Sequence record: NC_055893.1
Direction: 5' to 3' (one strand)
Origin: an uncultured phage cr4_1
Length of the DNA: 40,000 nucleotides
Shown one piece after another: positions 36,135 to 40,000 of the stretch. Under the pieces are notes generated by a model that saw only the letters and a list, made by a program, of their open reading frames with translations, was not told the DNA's origin and searched no databases. Both the position numbers and the translations under genes were made by a program. How positions within the stretch are numbered: position 1 is the first letter of the stretch; each line of letters starts with the position of its first letter.

Positions 36135-37115
36135 ATGACTTACAGAGATATTGATCCTAATATAGCTGGAATATATATGTTCAAAAACAATATAAATGGA
36201 AAATGCTATATAGGACAAAGTATAAAATTAAGATCAAGGATAAAAGATCACATGCGAAATGCTAAGGTTGGTAAACTTGATCTGCCGATTTATAGAGCTA
36301 TAAGAAAACACGGTTTCCATAACTTTACTTTAGAACTATTAGAATACTTTATCCCTGATCCAAATATATCTAATGAAGATTTAATAAAAAAGTTAGACGA
36401 ACTAGAAATAAAGTATATAGAGGAATATAAAGCTTATACCGACGGCTATAACTGTACTAAGGGTGGAGATTTTGGAGTATTAGGTCTTAAAATGACAGAG
36501 GAACAAAAGAAGAAAGTTTCAGAAAATACAAAAAAATTAATAGCTAAAGGATTATTTGGCAAACGTGTATATTTATATAACTTCATTGAAAAGTATTATA
36601 TTTATGCTTGGACAATAAAAGATGCTGCAAACATAACAGGTCTAAGTAGAAGTAATATAGGCAGATTGTGTAACAAAAGTTATATTCACCCATTTTGTAG
36701 TAATTTCATCGCAGCTTATACTAAAGAAGAATTAGAAGAGTTAAAGCAAGATATTCCTCATATCTTAGAAGAGTATCAAGAAGATCAAAAGACCAAAACT
36801 GTAAGGCATAAAGGAAACAGAAGATATACTGGTAATAGTACTTGGGTTAAAGGCATGATAGGTCTCAATACAGGAAAGAAAATGTCCCAAGAACAAAAAG
36901 AAAAAATAAGAATTGCTAGCACTAAATACATTGTATATCAGTATACTTTAGAAGGAGAACTAGTAGATACTTACTATGGAATGAATAAAGCTGCAGAAGC
37001 AGTCAATACTGATTATAAATCAATACAGAGAGCTTGCAATGGTAGAGCTAAGACATGCAAAGGTTTTATATGGAAAAAGATATTAATGCAACCTGACTGC
37101 AAGCAGGTTGCTTGA
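36135..37115 (+). CDS. GIY-YIG homing-type endonuclease with C-terminal NUMOD-like repeats
   Basis: ORF 36012..37115; GTG start at 36012 overlaps the tRNA. ATG at 36135 gives MTYRDIDPNIAGIYMFKNNINGKCYIGQSIKLRSRIKDH… followed by SRSNIGRLC…VYQYTLEGELVDTYYGMNKAAEAVNTDYKSIQRACNGRAKTCKGFIWKK. Confidence 0.9.
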   Translation: MTYRDIDPNIAGIYMFKNNINGKCYIGQSIKLRSRIKDHMRNAKVGKLDLPIYRAIRKHGFHNFTLELLEYFIPDPNISNEDLIKKLDELEIKYIEEYKAYTDGYNCTKGGDFGVLGLKMTEEQKKKVSENTKKLIAKGLFGKRVYLYNFIEKYYIYAWTIKDAANITGLSRSNIGRLCNKSYIHPFCSNFIAAYTKEELEELKQDIPHILEEYQEDQKTKTVRHKGNRRYTGNSTWVKGMIGLNTGKKMSQEQKEKIRIASTKYIVYQYTLEGELVDTYYGMNKAAEAVNTDYKSIQRACNGRAKTCKGFIWKKILMQPDCKQVA

Positions 37116-37119
37116 AATA

Positions 37120-37233
37120 GTACAGGCCGGAGCTATAGCGTTGTTTGTCAAGCTGTGTATATGATTCAACGCGAGTGAGTGGTTTAGTAGAAAAATCTAT
37201 GGGTGCAAATCCCTGTAGCTCCCTACCCTGTAC
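37120..37233 (+). ncRNA. structured RNA / divergent tRNA-like element
   Basis: Nested helices GTACAGG/CCTGTAC (37120-37126/37227-37233), GGAGCTA/TAGCTCC (37129-37135/37216-37222) and GCGTTG/CAACGC (37138-37143/37168-37173), plus T-arm-like GGG-TGCAAAT-CCC. Confidence 0.45.
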
Positions 37234-37251
37234 TTATATAAAATACATAAT

Positions 37252-37392
37252 ATGCAAGGTGTATATCAATTAGGACCAGATAGATTTAAATACTTAGCTG
37301 GTCATACTATCGCTGGTGGTAAGGTTTTCTTCATATACAGGGAAACTGATTTAAAGGGTTTACTAAAAGCGGTAGAAGAACTTAAGAAATAA
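37252..37392 (+). CDS. 46-aa small protein MQGVYQLGPDRFKYLAGHTIAGGKVFFIYRETDLKGLLKAVEELKK
   Basis: Short complete ORF between RNA elements. Confidence 0.45.
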   Translation: MQGVYQLGPDRFKYLAGHTIAGGKVFFIYRETDLKGLLKAVEELKK

Positions 37393-37522
37393 ACTAAGTG
37401 AAGTATGGCGCGCATACAACGTAACCACCTGAGTCCCTGTCTAATTCTAGATGTAGTCAACACGCAGGTCCGAATCGTAAGTCGGGGAGTTTGACGTAGT
37501 ATCTCCTACAAACTACGTGCAC

Positions 37523-37614
37523 TGTGAGGATTTGGACATATTAGTACAATTAAAGAATGAGGATGTCTATTAAATGTGTTAATATCGCTAGTTCGATTCT
37601 AGCCCTCACAACCA
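37523..37614 (+). tRNA. atypical tRNA-like gene with encoded CCA; isotype unresolved
   Basis: Acceptor TGTGAGG/CCTCACA, T-arm GCTAG-TTCGATT-CTAGC, A-CCA. Variable-arm-like TATTAA/TTAATA. No recognisable anticodon arm. Confidence 0.45.
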
Positions 37615-37763
37615 TGGAAAAGTTAAGAGATAAAAACGTACTTATTGAAGTACAAGGTAAGAGTTACTGGCTTGATAAAGAAGCCTACGACAAGATGAAA
37701 GAATGGGTAAAAAAGAGAGAACTTGAATTTCCAAAAAGATGGTTGACTTTAACAAAAAAATAA
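37614..37763 (+). CDS. small hypothetical protein (MEKLRDKNVLIEVQGKSYWLDKEAYDKMKEWVKKRELEFPKRWLTLTKK)
   Basis: Second ATG of ORF 37557..37763; overlaps the TerL start. Confidence 0.55.
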   Translation: MEKLRDKNVLIEVQGKSYWLDKEAYDKMKEWVKKRELEFPKRWLTLTKK

Positions 37764-39820
37764 TCAATTCAGATAAATTTCGACAACCTGCCTTGTAGTT
37801 TCTAGCTACAGGGCATTATTGTTAGTATCCTGAAGGTACCTCGGAATTTTATAAGTTCTGGGACGAAGAACAAGATAGAAGTATTAATGGTTATACTGCT
37901 GATGATGGTGATTTCATCAGTGGCTATAACTATTTTTATTTAAACTACTGTCCTATATCTCGTATTGTCAATCATATTACTACTGATAAAGATGGCAATA
38001 CTGTAGTAAAGCGTATAAATGAAGTTAGTTTTCCAGACTTCTGGGACTATGATTATTACTATTTTAATGCTGTTCAAGAAGCAGAAACAGTGGGCAAACA
38101 TCTATGTCTACTTAAATCAAGACGTAAGGGTTTCTCTTACAAAGGTGGTTCTATGGCATGCCGTAATTTCTATTTGATACCCAATAGTAAAACATTCATA
38201 TACGCATCTAATAAGCAATACTTAACAGATGATGGTATTCTTACTAAAGCATGGGATTACATGGACTTCATAGATAAGAATACAGCTTGGGGTAAGAAGC
38301 GTAGTGTTAATACCTAGATGCGTAGACGAGCTGGTTTCTATACTAAAGACGATTATGGTAATGTAATAGAAATGGGTTACAAGTCAGAGATTATTGGCGT
38401 TACTTTGAAAGATAATCCTGACGTAGTTCGTGGTAAGAAAGCCAACCTTATTATGTTTGAAGAGGGTGGTTCTTTCTCAGAATTAGGAGCAGCATGGCAA
38501 ATTGCAAGACCTTCTGTAGAAGTAGATGGTATAGCCTTTGGTACAATGATTGTATGGGGTACTGGTGGTGATGAAGGCTCTGCATTCGAGACCATGAAAG
38601 ACATGTTTTATAACCCAGACGGTTATAACTGTTTAGGTTTTGATAATATATGGGATGAAACAGCAACTACTAATAAATGTGGTTTCTTTGTACCTCAGTA
38701 TACTAACCTAGATATACGCGATAAAGACGGTAAGCGTATATACATGGATGATGATGGTAATACGTTTAAAAAGAAATCATTAGAACATATATTAGCTGAA
38801 AGACAAGCAGTAATAACTAATGCTACTAGTAATGCAGCTGTAGACCGTTATGTGGCAGAACGTCCTATTACTCCAGCTGAAGCCATGCTAGAATTTAATG
38901 GTAACATATTTCCCAAAAAGGAATTACAGGAATAGTTATCATTACTTAGGACTAATAAGAAATTATAGAACCATAAACAAGTAGGAGACTTAATTCAACA
39001 ACCAGATGGAACTATTAAATGGGTAATTAAGAAGACTGGAGATATAACTCATTATCCATTAAGAACCAAAAGAGATGAAGTTACAGGGGCTTTAGTAGGG
39101 GATGATCCTACTGGTTCTATAGTAATATGGGAACACCCTAATAAAGATGCTAGTGCAGGTCTTTATATAGCTGGTATTGACTCATATGATTATGATGAAT
39201 CAAGTACCACATCTCTTGGTTCTTGTTTTATATATAAGCGTATACAATCTATAGAACAATATTCTGATATTATAGTTGCTGAATATACAGGTAGACCTAA
39301 ATCAGCAGAAGAGTTCTATGAGAATGTAAGAAAATTATTGCTGTATTACAATGCTAGAGCAATGTATGAGAATCAAAACAAAGGTATCTTTGTTTACTTT
39401 ACTAATAAGCATTGTGACTACTTACTAGCTGATTAGCCTGATATTATAAACGATATTGTTGGCAACTCTAAAGTAAACAGAAAGAAGGGTTGCCATATGA
39501 ATAAACAAATCAAACAATGGGGCTGGGGTCTTATCAAAGATTGGCTTAATGAGATTAATGCAGATGGTAAGAAGAATCTATACAACATAATGTCAGAACC
39601 GCTATTGGAAGAGCTCATAGCTGCAAATGATGTGGTGAACGTGGATAGAGTAATGGCGTTGACACAAGTAATGATTTATAGAGAACAGCTCTATAATGTC
39701 AAAGTAAAAGAAATAAAAAAGGAGAATAGAAATAGGGTATTATTTGAAGGCCCTATCTTTACTCAACAGTGGTTTCATGACGATGAATCTACTGATAATA
39801 TCGAAGCATATATGTTTTAA
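37739..39820 (+). CDS. terL: large terminase subunit with six in-frame TAG codons (37796, 37823, 38315, 38933, 38966, 39434)
   Basis: Continuous 693-aa frame MVDFNKKIINSDKFRQPAL-Q-FLATGHYC-Q-YPEGTSEFYKFWDEEQDRSINGYTADDGDFISGYNYFYLNYC…LLKSRRKGFSYKGGS…LIMFEEGG…GIDSYDYDESSTTSLGSC…, joining three track ORFs. Confidence 0.9.
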
Positions 39821-39822
39821 TT

Positions 39823-40000
39823 ATGAAGAATATTAATCAATTTCCTTTGTAGAGATTACCTATGTCTAAGAAAACATAGGACTGGAAAGAGTCTTGTGTT
39901 GACTATATTATAGGACATAGTCAAGGTGGTTCTAGAAATGGTAATACTAGAACTCGTAAAGAGGAAATGTAGACATACTATGACCTTTACAATAGTATAT
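39823..40000 (+). CDS. portal protein N-terminus (partial), in-frame TAGs at 39850, 39877, 39970
   Basis: MKNINQFPL-Q-RLPMSKKT-Q-DWKESCVDYIIGHSQGGSRNGNTRTRKEEM-Q-TYYDLYNSI… directly downstream of TerL; portal call from synteny. Confidence 0.65.

Noticed and set aside
37789-37815. TGCCTTGTAG-tttctag-CTACAGGGCA looks like a terminator before TerL
   Set aside because: It lies inside the recoded TerL frame, starting at ATG 37739 and crossing TAG at 37796 and 37823, and has only a weak T-tract. It is more likely coding sequence.
1-40000. CRISPR array, defence island, integrase, rRNA
   Set aside because: No regularly spaced direct repeats with spacers, no integrase or defence genes, and no rRNA-like sequence seen.

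Overview
This window looks like part of a crAss-like (Crassvirales-type) gut Bacteroidota phage genome. Left edge to ~1.03 kb: 3' end of a very large late gene on the + strand, facing a convergent block of minus-strand replication and early genes (~1.17-29.64 kb) across a strong bidirectional terminator. The minus block includes PDDEXK nucleases, a metallophosphoesterase, a Toprim primase, an SSB-like protein, a Sak4-like ATPase, a DnaB-like helicase, a family B DNA polymerase and an ECF-type sigma factor. From ~29.95 kb plus-strand genes lead into large terminase (TerL) and portal. The main observations are: (1) Pervasive TAG readthrough on the + strand. TerL reads continuously from 37739 to 39820 only if six in-frame TAGs are sense codons. 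The portal N-terminus, the left-edge late gene and at least four small genes missing from the supplied ORF track behave the same way. A CUA-anticodon, tRNA-Gln-like suppressor tRNA with encoded CCA lies at 36037-36111. Early minus-strand genes lack interior TAGs. (2) About 5 kb of ORF-poor sequence in three blocks (14.5-16.6, 21.5-23.1, 27.6-29.2 kb), dense in perfect hairpins. Within and near one block is an apparently three-copy small RNA element (TCTGCAC...GCCCCACA, each followed by a hairpin). (3) Several tRNA-like genes with disrupted or expanded anticodon regions, plus compact structured RNAs beside them. Nothing was computed with software. RNA folding, family assignments and the Gln identity of TAG are inferences from reading the sequence.
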